64,000 bases of DNA from Tubiluchus corallicola (taxonomy: Eukaryota > Animalia > Priapulida): assembly GCA_030141605.1 (NCBI GenBank), contig JAQGDQ010000651.1, forward strand, positions 1 through 64,000, in the 5' to 3' direction. Shown here one piece after another: positions 50,631 to 62,869 of this stretch. The position numbers and the translations under genes are program-made. Numbering within the stretch: position 1 is the first letter of the stretch; every line of letters begins with the position of its first letter. Under the pieces are notes generated by a model that did no database searches, was not told where the DNA came from, and saw nothing but the letters and a program-made list of their open reading frames with translations.

Positions 50631-52359
50631 CAATGCTTTTCGATTCGTTAGGTTAACCATTTGTTAAGCTTGTTTGCTGTTTCCGTCTCCGATACATTGC
50701 TTAATGTTTTTGCGTATGTGACACTACACCACTTCTTGAATTAGTGCACGCATCTATTGTACACGTCTTCATGTTTTGAATCTCCTTGGCCAAGAGTTTA
50801 CTTGTCACGTTCTTTTCGGTCTCTTGTCCCTGCTGTGTACGATCAATTAATTCTATAAAATATTGGAGGTTAATTATTTGTCCACTACCTTTTGTACGCC
50901 CTATCGTTAATAAGAATGGCTCCTGTCTCATAGATATTGATTATAATCGATTGCGTATTAGTGGCAGTTTTGTAAATATAGACATCATCTTGCCCCTCAT
51001 TTTTTGCCGATGGTTCTGATTGTTCTATGCCAAAAATTGGGGCTCCAGTTCAAAAGCTGTCCTTGACCCTATATATACTGTCCTTGACCCTTTTGCCAGA
51101 AGTAATCGGGCAGTATTGTGTTGTCTAAGTTCGCACTTCAGGTACCTGCCCTACAAGCTTCGTTATTCCAGCTGTTGTACTTAGGGCGTTATTGACATGA
51201 ACCCATTTCCTGGCTTTGTCTATTTCGGGCCGTTAATGAATCTCAGCTTTTTAAAATCCCAGGTGCAGATGTACCGTACAGTACCTAAATATTTGTGAAA
51301 AAATGTGAAAAAAATTGAAAGCCCTAGGTGGAAATGCAGAACTAAGAGAAAAACAGAACAACACTCGCTCTCCCTAGCCCCACGAGAGATCAGCTGTCAC
51401 AACGGCTAGCGAGTTATTAAGCGAAATATGTTTATAAAAATAAATATTCATGCTGGCTGGTATAGCAACGTGTAGGCCTACCATTTTAAAGATATTAATA
51501 TGATCCGACTATTGCTTTGCAGCTGCAGCCTTAATTCCTATATATTGGGGCGCATTTTTAATACACAAATATAAATACAATTTTTTCTGCATTGAGTAAT
51601 TTTACCTTTGATGGTATCTTTGCTGTTTCGCGTTAACTGTATAGCAAATTCGCCTTAAAACTAAAATTGCGGATCAATATCAATGTATTATGAATAGACC
51701 GAAACGTTCAGTTATACTATGTATACTAAAATTATACTATATTATGTATACTAAAATTCTAAATTATTAAATACACTCGTACCACTAACTTATGCTATTA
51801 TATCTACTTTGCAGCAGTTAAAATGTATTAAAAAGACGGGTTCGATGCAGCTTGTACAAGGCAAGCTACGGCTACAAATAACAATTAGCATCGTAGACAT
51901 CAATTTCCTGTTAAGTTGTAAAATGTCGAAATTTTTGCTACAATATCATTATCGCACAGTAAACATGTGTAGTGCTTCCAGTCGAAAGGAATTAGAGCGC
52001 AATATTTAAAATCTGAAAGTCTGAAAATCTTACAATGAAAGAAAGAGACTGAAAGAACGAAGAAATACTGACTTCGCCAGTCACAGGCCTATACAAATAC
52101 CGTACATATACGTATTACTTAGTAATTCCTAGATATGCTTGAATTAATGTACATTAATGGAGAGAGAACAGGCAAATTCATTCCACGTAAATGGCAGATT
52201 GCCTGATATAACGTGTCAGAGTCAGTTCTACAGACTGTATACAAGCATACCTGATTCAAAAACACAAACGAGACTCTACCAAATTTATCATTTTATGGTC
52301 AATTCAGTAGGCCTAACGCCAGTTTATCTGACAAGCTCCAAAGAATTTGAAATAGAACT

Positions 52360-53520
52360 GGCTAAATGCCTTCGTTTAGCTCAGTTTAATATACATATTG
52401 TTTTTAGTGGACTTGTAAATAAACTAGAATTGCTAATGCCTACAATTAAAAACAACACAGATGTCATAGTAGGGTGTGGCTGAAAGAAAATACATCCGAT
52501 GACTGTCTCTATTTTGGTGGGTTTAACATCGTGAGAAGAGGTCACTGAACAAAAGAAAAGATGGAGGCTTATTAGTTTATTAGCTCACAAGAAAACTTCA
52601 CCTATCTTAATTTAATACGGACATTTCGTAGGCCTCCTAATAGCACAAATGAATTTTTTAACAATTTAGATCGGATGAAAATATATCAATTGTTGTAAAT
52701 GAGAACATGGAAATGATGCTGTTAGGCGACTTTAATGTAGACTACAGTAAAAGTATAGGTAAAAAAGCAAATTAGCCAGTAAAAAGCATATTATTTAATA
52801 CAAATTATTGATAGTTCTGCTAGAATTACAGACGTCCAAGACTGTCATTGATCACATATATGTTTGTAATCAGGATAATTTCGGGACTGTGGTACTACAT
52901 CAGTAGGACTCAATGGACACGAACTTATTCACTGTGTAAGAAAATAAAATGCTGCAACAAAAACAAAAGCAAACAACACACACAGCAAACTGAACAACAT
53001 AGACAGAAAAGCTTTTCAAAATGACCTAAAGCAAATAGACAGGACGCATATTGATAGCATAACTGATTAAAATGATATGCAAAGTCGTCTTTCTAATGTA
53101 ATAAATAAAATAAGTAAAAGAACGTTGTGTAAAGCAAAATACTCAAGAATGGCTGAAGGATGACGTCTTAGATTCCGTTAGAACACACGACTATCTTAGC
53201 AAGCAAGCTCGATCTACACAAAAACCAATTTTTTCCATTCTATACAAGCAAGCAAAAAGGTGTTTACCAAAGTTCAGGAAACAAGATTAGACCAAAATGC
53301 TATCGCAGACTCTTTGGATACCAGAAAAATTATGGAAAAACCTAAAATAGCTACTCCCTTTAAAAAGCAAATCAATCCTATACAGCTTAAGATTGATAAC
53401 AATATTGTGCGTGTTACCCAATTTATAATTCGGCGTGATAGAGATCGCTACCACTTAATCTCTATATTACCTATAGTGAGCAAAACCACAGAACGCATAG
53501 TCGTAAAATCACCAGTGGAT
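52360..53520 (+). mobile_element. Decayed LINE ORF2 N-terminal region (APE endonuclease and linker)
   Basis: GLVNKLELL..DVIV, FRRPPNS, LLGDFNVDY, RIT..TVIDHIY, and later YHLISILPIVSKTTERIV. Confidence 0.75.
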
Positions 53521-53544
53521 TAAAATTTTGCATATAAACTCATG

Positions 53545-53760
53545 ACAACCTACCCACAGCACACCACACTATGCCACACCCACCATACTACACTACACCA
53601 CCCACATTAACCCCATACCCACCTCACCACACCACACCACCCACAGCACACCACACCACACCACATCACTTCACCACGCCACACCACCCACACCATGCCA
53701 CACTATGCCCACCACATCACACCACCCACACTATACCCACTACACACACTACACCATAAC
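53545..53760. repeat. C/A-rich low-complexity (CACCA)n-like repeat
   Basis: Direct observation; explains the spurious P/H/T ORF at 53571-53759. Confidence 0.9.
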
Positions 53761-53837
53761 ACAGCTGCTGGCGCCGATAGTGATGATGATGGCGACAACG
53801 ACAATGATGATAACAGCAATTCAACAAAGATAACAGC

Positions 53838-54600
53838 CTAGTCAAACTATACAAAATATTTTGCACATTACTGAAACTATGTGAAAAGTCAAATGCTCTC
53901 AGACCTTTTTATTGGTTATCGTTAATCCACAAACATTCTACACAGTGTTTGCTAACTGTTCCTTCTGATCTAAATAGGCTAACATTATACATCATATTAT
54001 TATATTATTATATGAATTACATCATAACAGCTAGCATGAATACAATGGAATGACGTCAGAACAATGCAAATGTCACTGTAGCTTCTAAGCAAGAATCGCC
54101 CAAATTGGAAACTCTGATCAACTCGTCGCCACCCCTTTTGTTGGAAGCGAACCCAAAAGTGAGGCACATTGCCACGTAGCCCCGTTCATCCTTTTTCCAA
54201 AGAGCTATATATCTCTTTCCAAGAGTCCCACTAGGCACCGCTGCAACGTTTTTCTACAGGCTGTTTGGTTAAAATTTCGAAAAAAATCGGGGCTTTGTCC
54301 GGGAAAACGCCTGTTGCGAGATGTTGCGGCCCTCTCGCAAATTTTAAATATGCCTACTACACCCGCCATTGAACCGGCTATTCAACAATTACTGGCTCCG
54401 CCAACGGCACGTTCCCTAGAAATAAGCGGTATAAATTTTGCAATTTTTTTGCAAAAAAAAAACGGTCAAAAGGGCGTTTTTTAGACTTTTTGCCCCTGTC
54501 CGTCCCACCCTGTGGATCGAGACTTTCGTTTGGCGTACAGATCGCCGAGAACGGTTCTGTCGTCAGAGCTGTAGTCTCGTCGGTTACATACACATATAAA
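53838..54600 (-). mobile_element. Older, diverged member of the same Helitron family
   Basis: 54040-54580 aligns with 34890-35470 (GAATACAATGG..GACGTCA, GAGTCCCAC, GTCCGGGAAAACGCC, GATCGAGAC..TTTCGTTTG). CTAG at 53838 is followed by the hairpin CAAAATATTTTG at equivalent spacing. Confidence 0.7.
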
Positions 54601-54619
54601 TGCACGTACGTTTGCACGA

Positions 54620-55380
54620 ATGAATGCTGCTCCGTTGGTGGCTGGATGATATGGTGCTCCTGTGAGATGTGTGATCCCATGTTCTCTGCACCAGCTCTGG
54701 AGTTCTTCAGATATGAAGGTTGATCATTGTCTGTGACCAGCGTGTGAGGTGATCCAAAGTGAGCAAAGTCCTCTTCCAGCAGATCTAGAGTGGCTCTAGT
54801 GGATGTGGAATGCATGGATACTTTGAGTAAGCATCTGTGATCACCAGCCATTTCGTACCCATGAAGTTAATGGCGTGATCCAGGTGTAAGCGGCTCCAAG
54901 GCTTCTCTGGTAGTATCCACGGGTGAACTACAGGCTTGGATGGCTTGTTTTGATGTTCTCCACAGAAGTCACATCGTCGGCTAGCCATCTTGATAGCCGC
55001 ATCGATACTGGGCCAGTAGACAGCTGCTCTTGCCAGCTGTTTCATGCGTTCCATGCCAAAGTGCCTGATATGCAGTAGATCCAGGATCTTGGACAGCAGG
55101 CTCTGTGGAATCACAACTCTTAATCTATGGATGAGTCATCCGTGGCAGATACTGAGTGAATCCGACAACTTCCGGGACTTTTCGACTTTCACGTTGTTAG
55201 CGTTCACGGGCTTGACTTGAAGACTTATAACTTTGATGGCACATACCATGTACATGTCTTTACCATTTCCCTCCCTGTCAAAGTCGTTGTCGTCTCCAGA
55301 TGGCAAGCGACTAAGGGCATTTGCATTGCTGTGATCTGCTGTTTTCCGGTACTCGATGGAGTAGTCAAATTGGATTAGGC
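54620..55380 (-). mobile_element. Ty3/Gypsy pol fragment (RNase H end, integrase HHCC finger and core start)
   Basis: FDYSIEYRKTADHSNANALSRLP; LHIRHFGMERMKQLARAAVYWPSID..CDFC; PWSRLHLDHA; VITDAYSKYP; FGSPHTLVTDN. Confidence 0.92.
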
Positions 55381-55384
55381 CACA

Positions 55385-55677
55385 GGGCCCAATTAAAAAT
55401 TAATTAAAAATTTTCTTTTTATAGTCACATAAGTCTTTCAAGCAGGTAAGCGAAATGCTAAGTAATATAATTTTGCATGGAAAATTTTTGGGACATAGTT
55501 TAACATTGCCTTTTCTTCCCATGATTTACGTTGTGCGTTATGTAATGGCGCCGTCGGAACAGTGTTGCGGGAATTTTAAAATGAAAACAAACAAACTTTT
55601 AACGCGAGTACAATATACGCATAGAATTGGCAAAAAGTAATAATAAGGCCTGCTTCACGTACCTATTTTCTTGTGCT
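55385..55677 (-). mobile_element. Partial copy of the TTAA MITE family
   Basis: Aligns with 48985-49265 (CATAAGTCTTT..AGCAGGTAAG, TTAAAATGAAAACAAAC) and ends TTTTCTTGTGCT. Confidence 0.75.
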
Positions 55678-55679
55678 TA

Positions 55680-56690
55680 AAGTGGGATAACGCTGCCTCA
55701 CTTTTGTTTAGTTCCTGTTGCATGCGTGTTAGTATAACGTCATCATTGTTCAGTTGCTCTTTTAAACGAGACATTTCAAGATTATTTTGCCATCTTTCCT
55801 TTTTTTGTTCGATGCACAAGAAGTATAGTTGTTGACGTAAAGGTTCTATCTGCACATCATCCACCTCGACGTAATTGGGAAATGAAAGCTGTAGCTCCAG
55901 ATTTATTTCTAGGTTAATCAGCTCAATTAGGTTGTTAACTTCTGTAGGGAATCCCCCAATGTCCTGCATGAGAAATTTTGTTTTATGTTTACAGTCATTC
56001 AGGTAAACAAGTCGGTAAACATACGTGTATGACCAATTTTTGGCAACAGTAGACCCACGTTATGCTTAATTGATCTACAGTCACTTGAAGTTCCCGCAAT
56101 TGGTGTTAAGAAGGGCGGTTCTAGCATGCTGGACATGTCATTATGAACTGCATCATTCTTGGTCACCCGCATCTTCAAAAATTTCCTCATCACGATCAGG
56201 TTGTACTTCCTTATGCAATTTAGAGTAGACAATCTGCAGAGTTTTTGGTAAATTTTCTGTGCTCCACTTCACATAACACCGTCCTTGTATAATAACTATT
56301 TCCTGTCTTGTATGTTTTTAGCCAAGTAACTTTTTTTGGAAAAGCTAATTCTCTAGCAATATTGGCAGTCTGGCGTGGTTAGTTCAGCGTCTTTTATGGC
56401 ACTTAATTCAATGCTTTCCAGAACTCGGCTAGCAATGTGAATAATTTCAGCCCCTGTTAATTTGTGCCTTAACATAATTAGTCCACCTGTTGCTGTGGCG
56501 ACTTCATTCTGGGGTTGATTATCAATACACTTTTTCGTAAAATTATTAGGAAACTGTAGGTTAATTCTGTCTATTAAAACAAACTTACGACTTCGTCGCT
56601 TTTCGTTGTCTACATTCATCCCGCTTTATCTTCTGTTGCGAGATGCTATCCGTGTTTGAACAGTTGATATCACCTTCCATAGTCGCCATC
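55680..56690 (-). pseudogene. Decayed ORF with a Cys cluster and coiled coil; probable LINE ORF1 relic
   Basis: Start context AAGATGGCG at ~56690, followed by successive minus-strand ORF pieces (..PDCQYC; LRQQL..LEMSRLKEQL..RMQQELNKSEAAL) with stops and frameshifts. Confidence 0.35.
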
Positions 56691-56879
56691 TTTACTTATT
56701 TTCCAATGAGTTAAAAACTCAGAAAACACTCACTGAGCCAGTTCGAATTACTTTTGATCCAAAAACTTATTCAATAATTTTTCTCCATCATCTCATTGAT
56801 TGATTTAAAACGCTATTAATTGCCAGAACTCATCAGTAATATCCATAAAACATAAAAACAGCAGAGACGTAATATTTAC

Positions 56880-59460
56880 ATGTTCTGACGTCACGAAGTT
56901 TTAAAGAATCATGGCGTGGAAATAACACATTTAATGTTGTCAAGATAGCATCTTTTAATTTCACTTGATTGATCCAAATTATACATTAGACAATGTCCAA
57001 GATGCCACATTTCACGGTGCCATTTTAATTGTACATCATTAAGTGACATTGGGGTTTTTATAATTTGACTTTCGCTGAACAAGACACACTTGGATTTTTC
57101 AATATTAAATATCATAGCATGTTTGATGGCATATTTATCACAAATGTTCAACATCAGCTTCAGCGCAGTTAGCGATGGAGCAAGTAAAGTGACGTCATTA
57201 GCACATCCCAATGCACCTACAAATTCGTTTACAATATAGCACCCTACTTTAGATTGTTTAAGATTACATAATAATTCATCAATATAAACTGTGAATAAAA
57301 CATCAGATAGTACTCTTCCTTATCTTATTCCATTTGTGACAGAAAATTCATACGATTTAACTTTATTCCAACACACACAAACATCTTCTTTTAGGTATGA
57401 ATCTATCAGAAGACCTAATAATGAATCCGGCAATTTGTTCTAATTTGGAAAATAATTTTAGAAGATTAACTCTGTCAAAAGCTTTTGAGCTGTACACAGG
57501 ATTACCTTTTTTAGACATTATTTTATAGTGTCTTTTAGAACTAGGCGGCACAACCTGGGGGATAATTCTTTTTATAGGCAAACTGCAGATCTGTGCTCGT
57601 TAATTTATCACAAAATTTATTCATAATAACATAGTCTGCCAGTTTAACTAAACAATAATCCCTCTATAATTAGACTTGATGTTTTGGCTAATATGCGGGT
57701 TTTTCACAGTTGAAATTATCGAGCTTTTGTATGGATTGCGCGGGTAATGGAAACACTCAATCATATTATTTATTAAGAAAGTCACGTGTTGAAATACTAA
57801 AGGCGATCCATTATTAATCGCCTTTGTGATCGGTAGGTTGTGATAACTATCTAAACCTACAGAGCCATCTTTTTTACCGCGTTTGATCATTTTAACTGCT
57901 TTTTTAACTTCGTTTAAAGATATCATAAATTTATCATTTTCACTATGAGAGCGGAAGTCCTTATATAATTACATGAGTTTAGACTTCTCAGTTCCAACGC
58001 TATCATATAATTGTTCAAAATCACGTGTAATTCAATTGCTATCGTCTTTGGTTCGCAAATACCTTCTATATTATTAACAACAGATTTGTGTGTTTGAGGC
58101 AATTTTTTTATTTCATCCAACAATTTTCTATTATTAGAACTCGAAGGAGACGTTGCTAATTTATTATTTCGAAGGATGTTTTGAGTTTTTACAATACGAA
58201 GGCGCCGTACATAACATATATAATCGATGTTCGAGTGACACTTGTTAATAACAAATTCAACATTCTCCCTCTGGATAACCTTTTTAACATCTGTACTTGG
58301 TCAGTCGTTCTACTTAAATCGCAGTTAAAATCACTAGCTAGGAAAACAAAGCTATAATTACTTGCAATGTCAAAGACGTAACCAAGTTTCATAAAATTCA
58401 GGATGAGGATTAGTAACTGAGTAATTGTCGTTAGGCATATACACATTAACCAAACATATTACAACGGTTTTAAAGATTTCAATTTCAACGGTAGTAATTC
58501 GTTTTAAATAAATTTTGATTTCTTTAACTTTAAGACAAGTTTTTCTTCTATACAATACCTGTTCCGCCGCATGGTCTATTTATTTTGACGATCTTATTAT
58601 CAAAATCTGATAAAAACTCCCGTTACGCGAATATTATGTTTTAAAAATACAACCTACATCTCTTGTGCCGTTTATATGTGTTGCTTGCTAGTGTTTTTAA
58701 TGAGATGATTAAAACAGTAATTACAAACCTAGTAAAGCATTTCGGAGTTCATCAATGAAGTCACTAGGCCTACTGCATTCCATCCAGCTATCGCAAACTA
58801 TGTATCGAAAATATATCGCAACTATGAACTCACTTGTCCTAAAAATTACATCACCACTAACGCGACGACACGCACTTGACAACACAGTAAATCATATTAT
58901 TTCCTCTGCACCTCAAACATGATTTTGGATGCCCTCATTATAGCATAGCAGATTATAAACTACATATTTTTTCACGCGGTTATTACTACTGCCTGTATTT
59001 ATGCTGCAAGCACTGACAACACCACGAGCCAGCGTGGCATGACAAGCTTCTTCTGCTCGCGCATTCAGATTAAGCTCATCCCAGGGAGCTGTCTACCTGC
59101 TTTAATTAACGATGTGCTCTGTTTACACTTGGCATATAACTCAGCATTCTGTCACACTCTTTAATGAATAGTAACATGCGAATACAGCAATAATCGCCGC
59201 GCATGACTTCGTGTCTTCATCACAACAGTAGTTCCTGGCAAGCAGTAATAATAACCGAAGCGATATAGAGTGAATAAGGGAAAAATATAATCAATCCTCA
59301 TAATATCAACGGACACAAGCACGATAATTGTCAGAGTCATCAGGAGGAACCTGACCCAGGATTCGGAATTCGGTCGCTTTTTCTCTACTGCAAAACACCA
59401 ATCCGTCAAACGCAGCAAACCTCGCTACACACTTGCATCAAAAAGAAAGTTGAATATCTC
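56880..59460 (-). mobile_element. Decayed, internally deleted L2/CR1-group LINE (ORF1 knuckle remnant, APE, RT)
   Basis: CYN..NHV knuckle-like remnant (~58940); IAGWNAVGL, NRPCGGTGI, LVNVYMP, SDFNCDL (APE); SNYRGI, SKAFDRVN, LFTVYIDEL, GCANDVTLLAPS, FNIEKSKC (RT). Confidence 0.85.
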
Positions 59461-60160
59461 TCCTAAAACAACACATTCAAACACACTCACAACGTTACAA
59501 AAATAGGGACCACAAAATTCTATATTGATGAAACTGGGTGTGACAAAAACTCGTCTTAAAAGTCAAATTTGACGCAAAAACAAGTTTTTTTCAATAACAA
59601 GAGCTAATCATTACTTAAAGTTTGATACTAGTTTTGTTAAATGTCATAGCTTCCTTCCTAAGTGGCATCTCCCCCCAAAACATTTAGTACGGTTTTGCTC
59701 GTGAAACTCGCACTTAGACTGTCTTAGCAACGGCTGCCTCGGATACCCTGACGCTGAATTTGCAAACAAATCTATATGGATCATTTGGAAGGAAATGGGC
59801 CAAAAACTAAAAACGGGTGGGTTGTCACAGATGTTTTGCCAGTCTTGAAGAATAGTGGCTTGTTGTACATCAAATGACTGGTCTCGGCAAGATAAATTGA
59901 ATGGTATAGGTTGGCCAAAGAATGGTAGACCCCTGTTCCAAGGTAACCGGTCAAAATGTTATACGTTTCTAGGTCATTGAAACGAAATGCATCACCTAGG
60001 TAATCAAGCATGGCGAATTTAACAATAGCGAAATTATGATCTTGAGACACAGGTCAAGGCAGCAAAGATTTTCTACGGTCGGCACTTGCAGTTTTGGTCA
60101 TATTGCAGAATCTTAAGTTTATGGCTTGGTCATAATTATTTCTCTTGCGCTACAGCTTAA

Positions 60161-60800
60161 AGGACAAGAAAAGGGGTAGCTGAAATAGGTTTCAGAAAAA
60201 TCGCCTTAAAAATTATATTACTTTACAGCAATTTTATACAGACATCGTGTTCGTGTTAAAAAGAATTTTTGTTTGTTTTCATTTTAAATCTCCCGCAATA
60301 CTGTTCCGACGGCGCCATTACATGATGTCACTACGCAAACTTAAATCCGGGGAAGAAAAAGCAATGTTAAATTATGTCTCAAAAACCTTTCTATGCAAAT
60401 TATATTACTTAGCATTTCGCTTACATACTGGAAAGACTTTTATAACTAGAAATAACAATTTAAACTGTTTGTGCCAATTAGTAAAATGTCGCTGACTCAC
60501 CGTTCATGGTGCGCCACTCACTAACCAAAAACGTATTTTTAATCCTATTGACAAGTAATTTAAAAATTTACTTAGTTAGCAGCATGTATGTGCTACGAAT
60601 GCTCTGAATATTTTTTCAAATTTTACACAGTGCTATCTAAACTTGTTTCAAACGACCTACCATCAAAATGGCTGCGCCTAACGGGAGTTTAAATTTATAC
60701 GTTTTATACAGCGTGACTGCTTGAAGCCCTGTATGTAAGTGGTATAAAATTTCAAGACGATTTTTTTAAGTTTTATGTAAGTGGAGGGTTTTCTTGTGCT
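60161..60800 (+). mobile_element. TTAA-targeting MITE (Kolobok-like), copy 2
   Basis: TTAA|AGGACAAGAAAA...TTTTCTTGTGCT|TTAA; high similarity to 48667-49265. Confidence 0.85.
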
Positions 60801-61486
60801 TTAATAACTCGAAAACCATAGTACTTAAAGTCATGAAAAACTTGCACTGGCATTGACATGGGAACCGTTGACTTCAGGTCAAAGGGTTAAGGACACTGGA
60901 CGGTTGCTGTTTTTTCGATTGCTCCTTCTAGGGTATGAGTTAAAATAAAATAAAAACAAATGACAAAGTGCTATTTACACAACCTTAGACTTGTTTTTAT
61001 GAAATTTAAGAAGTTTATGAACAACGCCGCTGACTCATATGATTTCACATCATAATGATCTTTTTATTTTAATTTAATTCATTGATTATTTAAATTCATC
61101 TTTATTATGTAAAGAAACTTGCACAGGAAATTGTCTGTCAGTTCTAGTTTTAAAAAAATATTAGGTTTAATAATTGACACCACTGTTTTTTTTTCATTTT
61201 CAATTCTAAGATAAATTTTATCTTAAATCGGTTACTACTAATTTAAATTTTGTTCGGTCCTTAAGAAAAATAGCACACGATTCCATGTTTAACCAAAAAA
61301 GTAATATTAATCCGCAAGCAGTTTGCACTATTTCGCTACATGTACTATGGCTATCTGATAATAGCAATTGCTGAAATGAATTTAAGATGTAAATTATATG
61401 AATTCATTTTAATAAATAAGTATAGCTCTAGAATAATTCTCTAAATCAGTTTTTATTAAATTATGCTCAATTGAACATTACTTCAT

Positions 61487-61690
61487 TCATTCGACAAGCG
61501 AACAGCACTTAATAATGTTGTAAGTGTCAGAGTGGCAACCAAACTGGAACTGGCAGTCTGGATTTCTACCGGATCCACAAACGCCCACAATAACATCGGT
61601 CTCCTTATCACATATGAGATATTCTGATTTTCCTGCACAACGATAGTAGCAACTCAAGCTGTTTATAGCTTTTTCCGAGTTGACTTCATT
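61487..61690 (-). CDS. Probable terminal coding exon of a small cysteine-rich protein
   Basis: Acceptor TTTTGCAG| in phase 0, then 67 codons with 8 Cys (SCYYRC..IC..VGVCGSGRNPDC...GC...KCC) and a TGA. AATAAA lies ~30 nt downstream on the minus strand. Confidence 0.6.
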   Translation of the reverse strand, partial: NEVNSEKAINSLSCYYRCAGKSEYLICDKETDVIVGVCGSGRNPDCQFQFGCHSDTYNIIKCCSLVE

Positions 61691-61803
61691 CTGCAAAATT
61701 TAATGTAAAAAATTAATTTAAAAATTTACAAAAAAGCTTTGAAATTTCCATTATTAAGCTGGGATACTCAGTACTGGTAAACAAAATTAGGTGTATAATC
61801 TAC

Positions 61804-61881
61804 TTTGTGCGATGTTATTTCGCTGCCATACGATGCGATAATCAATAGCAGTATGGAAACATGGATTCCTTGCCATAATAA
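61804..61881 (-). CDS. Candidate upstream exon encoding a signal-peptide-like segment
   Basis: TTTTATCGTAG|LLWQGIHVSILLLIIASYGSEITSHK|GTAGAT joins in frame to the next exon over a 113-bp intron. The donor is weak and the start exon was not found. Confidence 0.4.
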
Positions 61882-62869
61882 CTACGATAAAACGGGCTCT
61901 GATGTATACAAAATAGATAAGCACTTTTTTATTATCTTTTGCGTAGACAAATCACTGCTGATAGGTACTTCGCATACTTTGACAAATACTATTGACTGTA
62001 CTGTATGACATATGCTTTTTGACTTTGAATTATATTGTTACTTGTGTTCTGAGAGATAATCCCCTGAGGGCGCTGGAGCCCACAAATTCACACACTAGCT
62101 TTTGCGCACGTCTGGTTTCGCTGCGCTAATTTTAATGCCTGCTTTCTAGGTTAATTGCTTTATGCTTTTGGTTTAATTAACACTTGTTTACTAAGGTACA
62201 TAGATTTTGTTGAAGATTTCCCAAATACCTGAATATACTTTATCAGTGAGTCATGTTTTTTACTGTTCATGCTTGGGTATACTTGTTATTTTATTTTCAT
62301 TACTGAAATTTTGTAATTTTTATGCATTTATATATTATCTTTCTTTTCTAGTTTTTGTGTGATTTAGTGTAGTATTAGATATAAACATTATGTTTGAAAC
62401 AAAATGTTAAATCGAAATCTAAAATTGACTATTCGTTGTTTCTTCTTCGTCTTTCTTTGCAATTGAGCTTTTGCTTTGAGGTTCCTCATCGTTCTTCATA
62501 GGTAGTAGCAGCAGCAGTAGTAGTTTATTGACTATAAAATTATTATTTACAGTCTTTGACAGGGATAGCAGAATTGAAGCATTTTATAGTCCAAAATTTT
62601 CTACTTTTCAGAAAACAGCAACATTGTACAAAGGTTAAAAAAGTTCAGAATAACAAACTTTCGTTCAGTAGCAGTAAAAAAATATATGATAATGACTGAG
62701 CTGAGCTTAAAAAATTTACAGAATTCTAACACTTCATTAAGATACTTGCAAAAATTCGGGTTTTTTCTTATTAATAAGCTTTTAGAAGATTAAAACGGAT
62801 TTCATATGCAAAATTGCTATTCATAATTGACATTGAGGATGTAAAGTATTCATTTTTGAATCTTCTAGT

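Noticed and set aside
50700-51300. Possible LINE ORF1 remnant on the minus strand (IIINIYETGAILI)
   Set aside because: A single short motif is insufficient without a profile search.
59345-59380. 2A-like NPG motif upstream of the LINE ORF2
   Set aside because: It reads SDRIPNPGS rather than D(V/I)ExNPGP and lies ~550 bp from the endonuclease start.
62420-62540. Short LLLLLLLPMKNDEE.. frame as a first exon of the Cys-rich gene
   Set aside because: It derives from a TAG/CAG triplet run, ends in a stop, and has no convincing in-frame donor.
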